DNA of 30,372 nt, taken from Candidatus Thorarchaeota archaeon. GTDB taxonomy: Archaea > Asgardarchaeota > Thorarchaeia > Thorarchaeales > Thorarchaeaceae. Under the pieces are notes generated by a model. The model was not told the origin of the DNA. It saw only the letters and a program-made list of their open reading frames with translations, and searched no databases. The stretch spans positions 1-30,372 of the forward strand of contig JBHLQM010000011.1 in the NCBI GenBank assembly GCA_048884785.1, in the 5' to 3' direction. The translations under genes and the position numbers were made by a program. Shown here piece by piece: positions 18,467-27,900 of this stretch. Position 1 is the first letter of the stretch, and each line of letters begins with the position of its first letter.

Positions 18467-19603
18467 TCATCGATCCCACCATCCCACGTATGGATCTAGA
18501 CTGCCAAATATTGCAATGAAATCTGCAAACCTTGATCCGGGAGTCAAATACTTGAGTGCCTGATAGGAATTCAGGCAAGATCCGCGTATCTTTGCACGGT
18601 AGGGTGTTTGTGCCTTGTCCTCTGTTTTCAGCCAGAGTCCAAGTACACCTCGTGTACCTTCTACACGTCCATAGGCCTCACCGGCTGGAAGTCGGTTCGC
18701 TTTAGCGCGAGCCTTTGGATCTGCAATCTCTCCTTCGGGGACCTGGGGGAGTAGCTGTCGTATAATATTGATTGATGTTCGGACTTCCTTGAACCTTTGA
18801 ACCATTCTGTCATATGCGTCACTCTCCCCGGGATGATTGGGATTCTCAGTGATCGGAACCTCCCAATCAACCAGGTCGTATGCAAGATTGGGGTCTGGCA
18901 TATCTTTCCTGAGATCCATTGGTAATCCACATGCCTTGACATTGGGTCCTGATAGACCCCATTTGAGAGCCTGCTTGGCGGAATACTGTCCGATACCTTC
19001 AGTTCTCCTTCTGAAGAGAGGACTACCCATTAGCATATCCTCAAACTTTGACATGTTTGCCTCCATATGAGCAATCGCCTTTTCCAGGGTTTGCACTGAT
19101 TTCTCAGTAAAATCATACTTCACGCCACCAGGAGTATTGTATGATACTGTATGTCTGGAACCAGTAAGCTCCTCAAATGCATTCAAGAAGAATTCACGGT
19201 CAATCCATGGCCAGATGAGCATGGCAAAGAAACCCAGCTCTGCTGAGAACTGCCCCCACCAGAATTGAATTGAGTGGATCCTACTTGCTTCCATCATTAT
19301 TGTACGCATGACTTTCGCTCTATCAGGAACCTCTAATTCCGCAATCTGCTCTACCGCAGAGATATAGGGATATTCAGAGAGAAACGCTTCAAGCATGCAT
19401 AATCTCTCCATGACCAATGAACCTTGTCTGAAATTGCGAAATTCAAGAACCTTCTCTGCGGATCTATGAAAGTACCCAGCATGCGGATCACATTCAACAA
19501 TGAAGTCACCGACAACTTTCAGTTTTGCAGCCCATCCATGAGCTGACACATGCTGAGGTCCAAACCAAACATCAACTGATTCATCAACAATATCCGGACT
19601 CAT
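18467..19603 (-). CDS. nuoD: Complex I subunit D-like large subunit, no [NiFe] ligands
   Basis: FGPQHVSAHG, GYFHRSAEK, EASRIHS, DAYDR, VEGTRG.LG, PYRAKIRG, GSLDPYVGWWDR. Lacks both CxxC motifs of hydrogenase large subunits. Confidence 0.9.
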   Translation of the reverse strand: MSPDIVDESVDVWFGPQHVSAHGWAAKLKVVGDFIVECDPHAGYFHRSAEKVLEFRNFRQGSLVMERLCMLEAFLSEYPYISAVEQIAELEVPDRAKVMRTIMMEASRIHSIQFWWGQFSAELGFFAMLIWPWIDREFFLNAFEELTGSRHTVSYNTPGGVKYDFTEKSVQTLEKAIAHMEANMSKFEDMLMGSPLFRRRTEGIGQYSAKQALKWGLSGPNVKACGLPMDLRKDMPDPNLAYDLVDWEVPITENPNHPGESDAYDRMVQRFKEVRTSINIIRQLLPQVPEGEIADPKARAKANRLPAGEAYGRVEGTRGVLGLWLKTEDKAQTPYRAKIRGSCLNSYQALKYLTPGSRFADFIAIFGSLDPYVGWWDR

Positions 19604-20127
19604 TCGCTGGCACCTCCTCTCTCTGGGCGTGGTTTTGGAGTCGCCAGACCAGATTCGTCAACCCGACTTCTGTCGATTACAAAGCTCTTTCGAAGTGGGT
19701 ATTGTCCCTCAAGCTCATCTGGAAGAAGCAAGAGCCTTAGGTCAGGATGGCCCTGAAAATGAATACCGTACATTTCGTGCGTTTCTCGTTCATGCCATTC
19801 AAATGCAGGGAAGATGTCAGATGTTGTATCTATTGATGGCTCAGGACCTGAGAGTTCAACGCGGATTTGACAAATGAAATTGTTCAGGTGCGAATAGAGA
19901 ATGTAAATCACCTGATACTTGTCCTCTCCAAGGTCAACTCCAAAAACACACTCTGGGAATATCATCTGAACGGATTCATCAAAGAGGGCAATGAGATCTC
20001 TAATCTGTTCTTTCCTGGGAGAGAATTCCGCACGGTTTTCGTTAATCATGTTAATTGTAATGTCGGGAAAGCGAGCTTGTACTGTTCTCACAAGAGCTGA
20101 GAGAGAGATCAAATCGATAGCATCCAT
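19600..20127 (-). CDS. nuoC: Complex I subunit C
   Basis: FPAFEWHERETHEMYGIHFQGHPDLRLLLLP..YPLRK. Start reassigned to ATG 20127 directly after the nuoK stop (AGGAG upstream). Confidence 0.92.
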   Translation of the reverse strand: MDAIDLISLSALVRTVQARFPDITINMINENRAEFSPRKEQIRDLIALFDESVQMIFPECVFGVDLGEDKYQVIYILYSHLNNFICQIRVELSGPEPSIDTTSDIFPAFEWHERETHEMYGIHFQGHPDLRLLLLPDELEGQYPLRKSFVIDRSRVDESGLATPKPRPERGGASE

Positions 20128-20128
20128 T

Positions 20129-20440
20129 TTACACAGACTCCTCCTTAATTGGACGGCCAAGATCGACCGTTCCATACCTTCGATTATACATCAACATCAG
20201 AACAAGTGCAAGTGCCGTGTGAGCAGCGGCTACTGATATAACAAGAATAATGAGACCCTGAGGTGTGAATGAAAAAACACCTCCGTAAACAGCAAAAGCG
20301 ACCAGTGCCAGATTGACGCCATTACCCATTATTTCAGCACCAATAAGGATTCTAATTAGATTCCGTTTCACGATCATTCCGTAGGCTCCCAGACCCACCA
20401 ACATGAACGCAACAACGAGATACCAACTGAGAGGAACCAT
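20129..20440 (-). CDS. nuoK: Complex I subunit K
   Basis: GAYGMIVKRNLIRILIGAEIMGNGVNL, three TM helices. Confidence 0.9.
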   Translation of the reverse strand: MVPLSWYLVVAFMLVGLGAYGMIVKRNLIRILIGAEIMGNGVNLALVAFAVYGGVFSFTPQGLIILVISVAAAHTALALVLMLMYNRRYGTVDLGRPIKEESV

Positions 20441-21078
20441 TACTCTTCAGCCTCCTCAGTTTCACTGGATATCTCATCAGCCTCAACTTCAGGCTGAGGT
20501 TCAGCTTCTATACCGAACTCTCCGGTAATGCCAACCAATGCTTCAGCCTTGTCCATCTTCATCATAGCGATGGCACCTACTAGTGTAGTAAGAATAAGCA
20601 AAGCTACAATTTGAACATAGATTCCATGATCACTCCATAGCCATTCGGCTAGCCCTTGAAGGCTTTGTGAAAGCTCCGGTACTCCCTCTACAATATATTC
20701 GGGCCAGGGGAAGGCCAGTGCAAGCCCGGCTGAAATTGCCATAACCACAGCTGCAATTAATCTACCAACTTGACGAGCTCGCGCAGATTCAAACACCTCC
20801 AATGACCTGTCTTGCGCTCTTGGGAGCAGGAGAACACCGAAGATTATCAAGGCGCTAATGCCTCCCGTGTAAACAGCTATCTGCATACCGGCAATGAAAG
20901 GTGCATCAAGCAATAGAAAGAAGCCAGCAACAAAACTAGCCATAAATCCGAAGAAGAATACAGCATAGACAATATCCTTGTGTTCAAGGGCAAGATATGC
21001 AAGGATGAGCACAACACCTGCAATAAGTAGGAATTCAACCTGCTCAAATAATTCCAGTACGGGTTCTATCTCCTGCAT
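20440..21078 (-). CDS. nuoK-adjacent nuoJ: Complex I subunit J
   Basis: LDAPFIAGMQIAVYTGGISALIIF, five TM helices, acidic tail. Start reassigned to ATG 21078 (GAGG upstream, 16 nt after the nuoA stop). Confidence 0.88.
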   Translation of the reverse strand: MQEIEPVLELFEQVEFLLIAGVVLILAYLALEHKDIVYAVFFFGFMASFVAGFFLLLDAPFIAGMQIAVYTGGISALIIFGVLLLPRAQDRSLEVFESARARQVGRLIAAVVMAISAGLALAFPWPEYIVEGVPELSQSLQGLAEWLWSDHGIYVQIVALLILTTLVGAIAMMKMDKAEALVGITGEFGIEAEPQPEVEADEISSETEEAEE

Positions 21079-21094
21079 CTTAGTAACCTCTATT

Positions 21095-21523
21095 CTAATG
21101 ATGGATCTCTTTTCTAGCTGCTTTCGCTTGGAGATACGCCTCCACTGTTTCCTTTCCATCTAGGGATGCTTGGGGCAAACGTTTCATGACAAACGAGATC
21201 CCGCCCATGATGACAAGCACAAAGAGAAGTGTCTGCCACAGAATGAGAGCCTCCAATCTCAATGTTGATGCAGATAGTAACCAGAGAAAAGCACCCATTA
21301 CATCAACAACGACAAAGAGAATTGTATACACAATGTAGTTGTACGGATAGGATATCCTTGCCGGACCAATGGGCTCTTCACCACATTCGTAGGTAGATGT
21401 CTTCTCCGAATTCTGAAGGACGTGGGGGCGCAAGACCCACGACGCAAGGAGCATCACAACTACCAGAACCATAGCAAGTAATGCCCAAACCAAAACGGGT
21501 ACGAAATCTACGAATAATCTCAT
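21095..21523 (-). CDS. nuoA: Complex I subunit A
   Basis: EKTSTYECGEEPIG, YTILFVVVDV, three TM helices. Confidence 0.92.
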   Translation of the reverse strand: MRLFVDFVPVLVWALLAMVLVVVMLLASWVLRPHVLQNSEKTSTYECGEEPIGPARISYPYNYIVYTILFVVVDVMGAFLWLLSASTLRLEALILWQTLLFVLVIMGGISFVMKRLPQASLDGKETVEAYLQAKAARKEIHH

Positions 21524-21845
21524 GATATGGTGCCATCCTTTTGTATCTTGTTTGCTAATCCTTGTGGATAAGTATGGTCTAGGGAAACGAGTTTCTCTCC
21601 TATGTAAATGTGTCCCCTTGCCATGATTGGTTTAACCCTTCTTCGTTTTCTTGTTACAGAAATAGATAGATATCGAATCATTCAGATTGATGATTGATAT
21701 TTTTGCATCAAAGGGTAATGCATATTCTGTAACTTGAGGGCGGCGGTAATTCCTCCCATATTAAAAACGCTTCGAATCTTCAGAAGAAGAAGTTAAATAT
21801 CGTATGTATTCCTCGATGCTCTAGAATTCCCTTGACATATAATAG

Positions 21846-22205
21846 GTGATAAGCTTGAATACAACCGAAGAGGGTGGTTTCTTCTATTATCTCGCGCTCC
21901 TCATAGGTATGGTCTTTGTCGGAGCATACCTATGGCACATCATGACTACTCCCACATCTAGTCAGATATTCCAATTCATTTTAGTAATGTCTGGAATACT
22001 GCTTGTGGCAAGCTCTTTCATGTTTGCCTATAGCAATACGCGCTCAATGAGAATAGGCATGACGATGGCCTCAGGAATTCTTGGTGGAATCCATGGATTC
22101 TTGACGCTTACGTTGTTCGATCTCATAACAGGAATAATACTCTTTGCCTGGATGGCATTCGGTATCCTCCTTGCATTTGCAGCCTTCAATTGGCTTCATG
22201 AGTAG
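21846..22205 (+). CDS. Small integral membrane protein (about 4 TM), function unknown
   Basis: Four hydrophobic segments in 119 aa; divergent from nuoA. The start may be TTG ~21856 after a GGTGA SD. Confidence 0.7.
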   Translation: MISLNTTEEGGFFYYLALLIGMVFVGAYLWHIMTTPTSSQIFQFILVMSGILLVASSFMFAYSNTRSMRIGMTMASGILGGIHGFLTLTLFDLITGIILFAWMAFGILLAFAAFNWLHE

Positions 22206-22219
22206 AATGATAGGAATCC

Positions 22220-22765
22220 TCAATCGGTAGTCTCAGAAGAGGCTGCCGATGATTCCTTAGTTTCTGAGGCCTGTTCTTCAGTTGCCTTTTCTGCAGGAGA
22301 TTCGCTCTCTGGTTTGGTAGTTTCGTCTTCAGGTACTTCCAAAGGAGGACCATACTTCAATTTTGAAACATCCATTATCCCAGGGGTCATTGCCTCTTCA
22401 GTATACTCCTTTGAACGAATCATGGCAAATCCTCCAGCTACAAGAATAACAGAGCCAATTGACCAGCTCGAGAGAAATGCTGTGTCACTGAGAGGCGAGG
22501 AGTTAATCACGAAATACAGCATGTAAAACATTGAGAAGACAGCGGCAATCGCAAGCATGGTAAGTTTTGACCTACCTCGTTCCACAGCAAAATACCTGTA
22601 GAAAAATGGGAGGGACAGAATAGGCCAAATCATCAACCAGAAAGACTGATCCCAGGTTGTCAAAGCTTGCAGCAATTGGTATAGGAAGCTGAAGTAATAT
22701 GCGCTGAGGAGGAGGATGCCCAACCAGACAAGACAATATGGTTCACTATCTTCCCGCAGCTTCAT
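22220..22765 (-). CDS. Membrane protein (about 4 TM) with acidic low-complexity tail, translationally coupled to the FAD-NuoB fusion
   Basis: ATGA overlap at 22762-22765; hydrophobic helices followed by an E/S/T-rich tail. Confidence 0.75.
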   Translation of the reverse strand: MKLREDSEPYCLVWLGILLLSAYYFSFLYQLLQALTTWDQSFWLMIWPILSLPFFYRYFAVERGRSKLTMLAIAAVFSMFYMLYFVINSSPLSDTAFLSSWSIGSVILVAGGFAMIRSKEYTEEAMTPGIMDVSKLKYGPPLEVPEDETTKPESESPAEKATEEQASETKESSAASSETTD

Positions 22766-24702
22766 TGGATCATCCCCATCGCATCTTGATTCTCATATTT
22801 CCTCTGCCAATGAGTTGTTCCGGCACGAATCTTGTTCTGAAGAATTAGATGTGCTCTTACAAAGTCAGCTGGCTTTGGCGGACACCCTGGCAAGTAGACG
22901 TCTACAGGGACAACCTTCTCAGGCGGTGTCATTAGAGAGTAGCCATCCCAGAACAAACCACCACTTGCAGCGCACTGTCCAAATGAGATGACATACTTGG
23001 GCTCTGGCATCTGCTCGTAGATCCGTCGCAATCTTGGTGCCATCTTCTTGGTGAGGGACCCGGATATCCAGAGAACATCAGCCTGACGAGGACCAAAGAG
23101 AGGTAGCATTCCAAACCGTTCAATATCCCATCGTGATGCCACAGCGGCCGCACCATCAGCCATGCAGCAACCTAAACCATACTGAACAGGCCATGGACTG
23201 TGAGCCCGTCCCCAGCGAAGCATCCATTTGAGTGGAGGCAGATTTTGCAGCCACTTCAGCAGTATTGGAGCTATCCGGCCAAAACCGTTCCTAAAGAGGT
23301 CGTAGAATATCCACATGAAGTATTTACCAAACTTGAGAATCATGGGCAGCCAGAATGCAAAGATCTTGCCGGGATTGGATATCTCATTCTTGTCATACTT
23401 GAGTTTGGCACCACGAATCTTTGCGAGCCGTCGTTTGCCAAAGTACGTAGGTGCGTAATTTGCAAACCAAATCCCTGTGCTGTGTGGGTGGCCACCATGA
23501 CGCTGAGCAATCTTGAATATAACGAAGCTCTGTGACCAAGAGAGCATGAAGAAGTGACGGCGTTCGTCCTCCAAGAAGTAGCCCATCATGGTCACTCCTG
23601 TCTTTGATGTTACATAGCCATCTATCCCTGCTTCAGCAGAAGCTTGCTCAAACTGGAAATCATCCAAAATGGCTTCAAGGGTCTCAAGAGGTGCAAAGGC
23701 CTGCCCAACAACAAGAGTCGGTCCTGCCTTCTTTACTCGCATTGGATAGAACCTGTCATGCCACTCATGTGCAGCAATATGCTCGTCGTAGAGCTGCCCC
23801 TTGTATTCCTCTGTGACACGTCGTACTACATCAAAACCTTCCTCAATCTCTTCCTCAGTTCCCTCATATGCCACAAGTACTGTCCCATGATGGACAGGGA
23901 ATGGAAAGGGCTCTTCTGGATTCCAGATCTTCTTCTTGAGGTCAGTGTATTTACTCTCTTCAAACTTAATCGTGAATGGAAGTGGACCATCATGCATCAT
24001 CTTTTCCATTGCCATTACCATGAGATAATTCTCAGGAAAACTTGCGACAATAGGTTTGATTGGCATTAGAGGTTTTATCTTCAATTTGATCTTTGTAATG
24101 ATTCCAAGAATACCTTCAGTATCACAGAAGAGGTCAGTATCGGTACTCTTGACCAGCTTCCCTGTTGGAAGGACAACTTCAAACTCTAGCACATTCTTGT
24201 TAATATTCCCATATTTCAGGGATCCAATTCCATCGCCACCCTGAGCTACCCATCCTCCAACAGTTGCTGCCAATCCAGATGATGGATAGCAGCGCAAGTC
24301 CATCCCGTTTCTATTCAATTCATGCTGCAGATTCGACCAGGAGATTCCAGGTTCCACCAGAACAAAATGATTCTCCTTATCTATCTCAAGAATCCTATTC
24401 ATTGGCCGAATATCAACGATGATTCCTCCCTTGCGAGGAATCGCACCTCCGTAACCCGAAGTTCCTGCGCCACGAGGAACAAGAGGAATCTTTTCTTCAT
24501 TAGCGAACTTGTAGAGGGCAACAATTTCCTCTGGGGTATGTGGTTGAACTAGCGCATCCGGCTTGTTGTTCATCAACCATCCTACTTGCTTAGGAAGTGC
24601 ACCTACGTCTGTGGATAAGATGAGCCGCTCATGCTTCTCAGTGATGAGTCGGTCGCCAAAGATTTCAGACAGCTTCTCGATCTGCTTTTTCTTTAGTCCC
24701 AT
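22762..24702 (-). CDS. nuoB: Fusion: FAD-binding oxidoreductase (GlcD/D-lactate dehydrogenase/VAO-PCMH fold, aa 1-~448) plus complex I subunit B (aa ~490-646)
   Basis: N-part: PDALVQP, PLVPRGAGTSGYGG, VLVEPG, ATVGGWVAQGGDG..SLKYG, TEGILGIITK, NPGKIF. C-part: WGRAHSPWPVQYGLGCC, PRQADVL, MAPRLRRIYEQMPEPKYVISFGQCAASGG, VPVDVYLPGCPP. Single uninterrupted frame. Confidence 0.93.
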   Translation of the reverse strand: MGLKKKQIEKLSEIFGDRLITEKHERLILSTDVGALPKQVGWLMNNKPDALVQPHTPEEIVALYKFANEEKIPLVPRGAGTSGYGGAIPRKGGIIVDIRPMNRILEIDKENHFVLVEPGISWSNLQHELNRNGMDLRCYPSSGLAATVGGWVAQGGDGIGSLKYGNINKNVLEFEVVLPTGKLVKSTDTDLFCDTEGILGIITKIKLKIKPLMPIKPIVASFPENYLMVMAMEKMMHDGPLPFTIKFEESKYTDLKKKIWNPEEPFPFPVHHGTVLVAYEGTEEEIEEGFDVVRRVTEEYKGQLYDEHIAAHEWHDRFYPMRVKKAGPTLVVGQAFAPLETLEAILDDFQFEQASAEAGIDGYVTSKTGVTMMGYFLEDERRHFFMLSWSQSFVIFKIAQRHGGHPHSTGIWFANYAPTYFGKRRLAKIRGAKLKYDKNEISNPGKIFAFWLPMILKFGKYFMWIFYDLFRNGFGRIAPILLKWLQNLPPLKWMLRWGRAHSPWPVQYGLGCCMADGAAAVASRWDIERFGMLPLFGPRQADVLWISGSLTKKMAPRLRRIYEQMPEPKYVISFGQCAASGGLFWDGYSLMTPPEKVVPVDVYLPGCPPKPADFVRAHLILQNKIRAGTTHWQRKYENQDAMGMIQ

Positions 24703-24950
24703 TTAGTATCGCTCCGTTTGAAGGTCCGGATGCCTGTGTCAGGGGTTGGCATCTTCGGGGCATAAAAACCTAGCGAGCTGCTGATTGTCCCATTCAATTG
24801 GGAATTACTGGCAATTATTGTGTATATGCTAAATAATCTTGCTTCGGGTTCTCAGAACTTCTTAGTTGCATTGTGTAAACAAGATATCGTTATTAGTCTC
24901 TTTTTGAAGCCATTCGAAGAACCGGGACTCTGCATGGGAGACAAAGCCGC

Positions 24951-27900
24951 TTGACCAAACTAAAGAAGAGAACCAAAATCAAGATACTGCTAGGCTTCGT
25001 TGGTTGTATGATTCTTTTTACCGCAGCCTACAGTGTAGTTGGACGCCCCGCATATACTGCCGAATGTGGTAATTGTCATACCACAACCCCTAGTCCACTA
25101 GTCATTTCCTCTAACGCAACTGGCACAGTAAATGCAGCTGTAGGAACACCATTCACATTGATTGTTGACGCATCAGGCAGTACCTCCAACAAAGATGGCG
25201 ATTTTGCCGTCAGCGTTCAGGCCGGATGGGCAGACAATGACCAGTTCTCATTCACACCTCACGCGGTCTTGGACCAAGCTGGGGATGATTTGAATTTGGT
25301 GCAAAAGCAAATACAGGCATCTTTTACATTCACACCTTTGGCTGCTGGATCGTGGACATTACGAATTTGGTCAGCTGCAAAGGGCGGGTTATCGAAGAGT
25401 CTGGATGTGAGTGTTTCAGCAGTTGTTTCAGACACTACACCTCCTACAATTGACAGCCCAAATGATAAATCAATTTCAGAGGGCCAGGCGGCCAATGTAA
25501 CTTGGAATCCTTCGGATGCGAATCCTGATAGATACGTGATATTTGATGATGAAAGTTCTTGGTTAAGTGGACCATGGGATGGGTCAGCAATACTTGCTCC
25601 TCTACAGACCCTTTCGCTTGGTACACATAACATTACATTAGCTGTGTTCGATGTGAACAATAATTGGGCATCAGACCAAGTCAATGTAACAGTGTACGAT
25701 GGAACAGCTCCAACGATTGATACGCCCGATGATGTTCTGTACAACGAAACACAAATAGGATACACAATCAGTTGGAACCCTGCTGACTTGCATCCCGCAA
25801 GCTATGAAATCTATCGGAATACGACTCCAGTTAGATCGGGATTATGGAATTCAAGTGTTGAAACGATTTCTATTTCTGTCGATGGTCTATTGGTTGGAGC
25901 CTACAACTATACCATTGTCGTAACGGATGTTGGTGGCAATAGTATACGAAATGAAGTGAATGTTATAGTATCAGATGGCACTCCTCCAACAATTGACAAT
26001 CCTTCTGACATAGACTACAACGAAGGTCAAATCGGCAATTCTATCACATGGAATCCTTCCGATGCATATCCGGTTGGCTATACAATCTACAGAGATAATA
26101 CACCCATAAAATCAGGTCCATGGAACTCCACATCGGAATCAATTTCCATTTCAGTTGATGGACTCAGTCCAGGAACTTATAGTTTCAGACTGGAAGTGAC
26201 GGACATAGGTGGAAATACGGCAACTCATACAGTAGTTGTCACGGTAAATGACATAACACCTCCCACGATCAACGACGTATCCAATTTTAGCTATGCAGAA
26301 TATTCGACTGGAAATAACATCACATGGTCACCAAACGACCTGCATCCAGTGAGTTATATAATTTATAGAAACGGTGTTCATATCAAGAGTGGACTGTGGA
26401 ACTCCAGTTCTGAGCTTATAGTTCTCACAATCGATGGCTTACCTTTGAATGTCTATGTCTTTACTATCCTTGTTTTTGATATTGGGTTAAACAACGCTAC
26501 GGATTCTGTAACAGTAACGGTCTACGATGGGACTGCACCCACAATTGACCGTCCAATTGATACTTCATATCCAGAAGGTGTAGACGGCAATTCAGTCGAT
26601 TGGACTCCTTTCGATTACCATCCTTCGAATTATACAATCTATATGAATGAAGTGGCAATGAGAAGCGGATCATGGAACTCAAGCTCTGAAGTGATATCAG
26701 TACTCATGGATGGTCTTGCCCTGGGAGAATATAATTTCACTATAATTGTGTTCGATAACGCAGGATTAAGTGTGGTGGATCAGGTACTAATCACAATATT
26801 TGATGGAACAGATCCAACCACTACACATCCAGATGATGTATTCTATCCAGATGGACAAATCGGGGATACAATAACATGGCAAATGTTCGATCTGCACCCG
26901 GTGAGCTACATCATCAAGAAGGATAATGTCACTATTCTGTCCGGTTTATGGAATTCAACTGGTGAAACCATTACGATAAATGTCGAAGGCCTTGTCATTG
27001 GAGAATACAACTACACTATCCTAGTCACGGACATAGGTGGAAATACTGCACTGGATTGGGTATTGGTAACAGTCTACAATGCGGAGGTACCAACAATCAA
27101 CGAGCCGCAGGATAAGAACATTGCAGAATTTTCTACAAATAACACAATTCAGTGGCATCCTCTTGATCTCAATCCATCCAACTATTCTGTCTACAGGAAT
27201 GGTCAGCTGGTCAGAGCCGGACTCTGGAATTCTAGCGCTGAACTCATCACAGTATCAATTGACGGGCTAAGTATTGGTGGATACACATTCTTTGTAGTTG
27301 TCCAAGACCTGGACGGCAATACTGCGAACGACACTGTCCTGGTCACAGTTTTTGATGGAACAAATCCGGTTCTAGATTCTCCTGATGACGTGACCTATAA
27401 CGAATTCGACCTTGGAGCAACAATTACGTGGAATGCCACTGACTCGCATCCTGTGTCTTATTCTATTTACAGAAACGATACAATGCTTCCTATACAATCA
27501 GGACCTTGGAATGCAACATCCGAATTAATCTCAATTAGTGTTCAGGGGCTTTCTTTTGGAGTATACAACTATACGATTATCATCACCGACATGGGAGGTA
27601 ATAGTGCCAAAGATATGGTTCTGGTTTTTGTCGAAGATGGAACTCCTCCAGTTATTGATTTACAGTTAGATATCCAATACAATGAAACAACCGGAGGTGC
27701 AATAATCAACTGGACTGCATCTGACTTGCATCCCTATTACTATTCAATCTATAAAGATGGCAATCTTGCAAAATCAGGGCTCTGGAATTCCAGCTCTGAA
27801 ATAATCTCAATCTCTGTGGCAGGTCTTCCTGCAGGAGTCTTTGTCTACACTCTTGAAGTTATGGACCTGGGAGGTAATGTGAACTCTAGTCAGGTTACCA

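Noticed and set aside
18467-18500. Selenocysteine read-through at the nuoD or fusion TGA stops
   Set aside because: The TGA follows the canonical terminal DR of NuoD, the fusion TGA follows a complete NuoB, and no in-frame TGA occurs at Cys positions in the redox proteins.
18467-19603. Group 4 [NiFe]-hydrogenase large subunit
   Set aside because: Neither RxCxxC nor DPCxxC is present (ERLCMLE; DPYVGWW), and no maturation genes are in the window.
21079-21094. Hidden or pseudogenised nuoB in its canonical place after nuoA
   Set aside because: There are only 16 nt between the nuoA stop and the nuoJ start.
18453-21159. Long N-terminal extensions of NuoH (to 18578), NuoC (to 20175) and NuoJ (to 21159) in the ORF track
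   Set aside because: They overlap upstream genes; internal ATGs with SD motifs at 18452, 20127 and 21078 give normal operon spacing.
24729-24753. GATGCC...GGCATC inverted repeat upstream of the FAD-NuoB gene
   Set aside because: Only a 6-bp stem, single occurrence, no second copy seen upstream of nuoA; compatible with chance.
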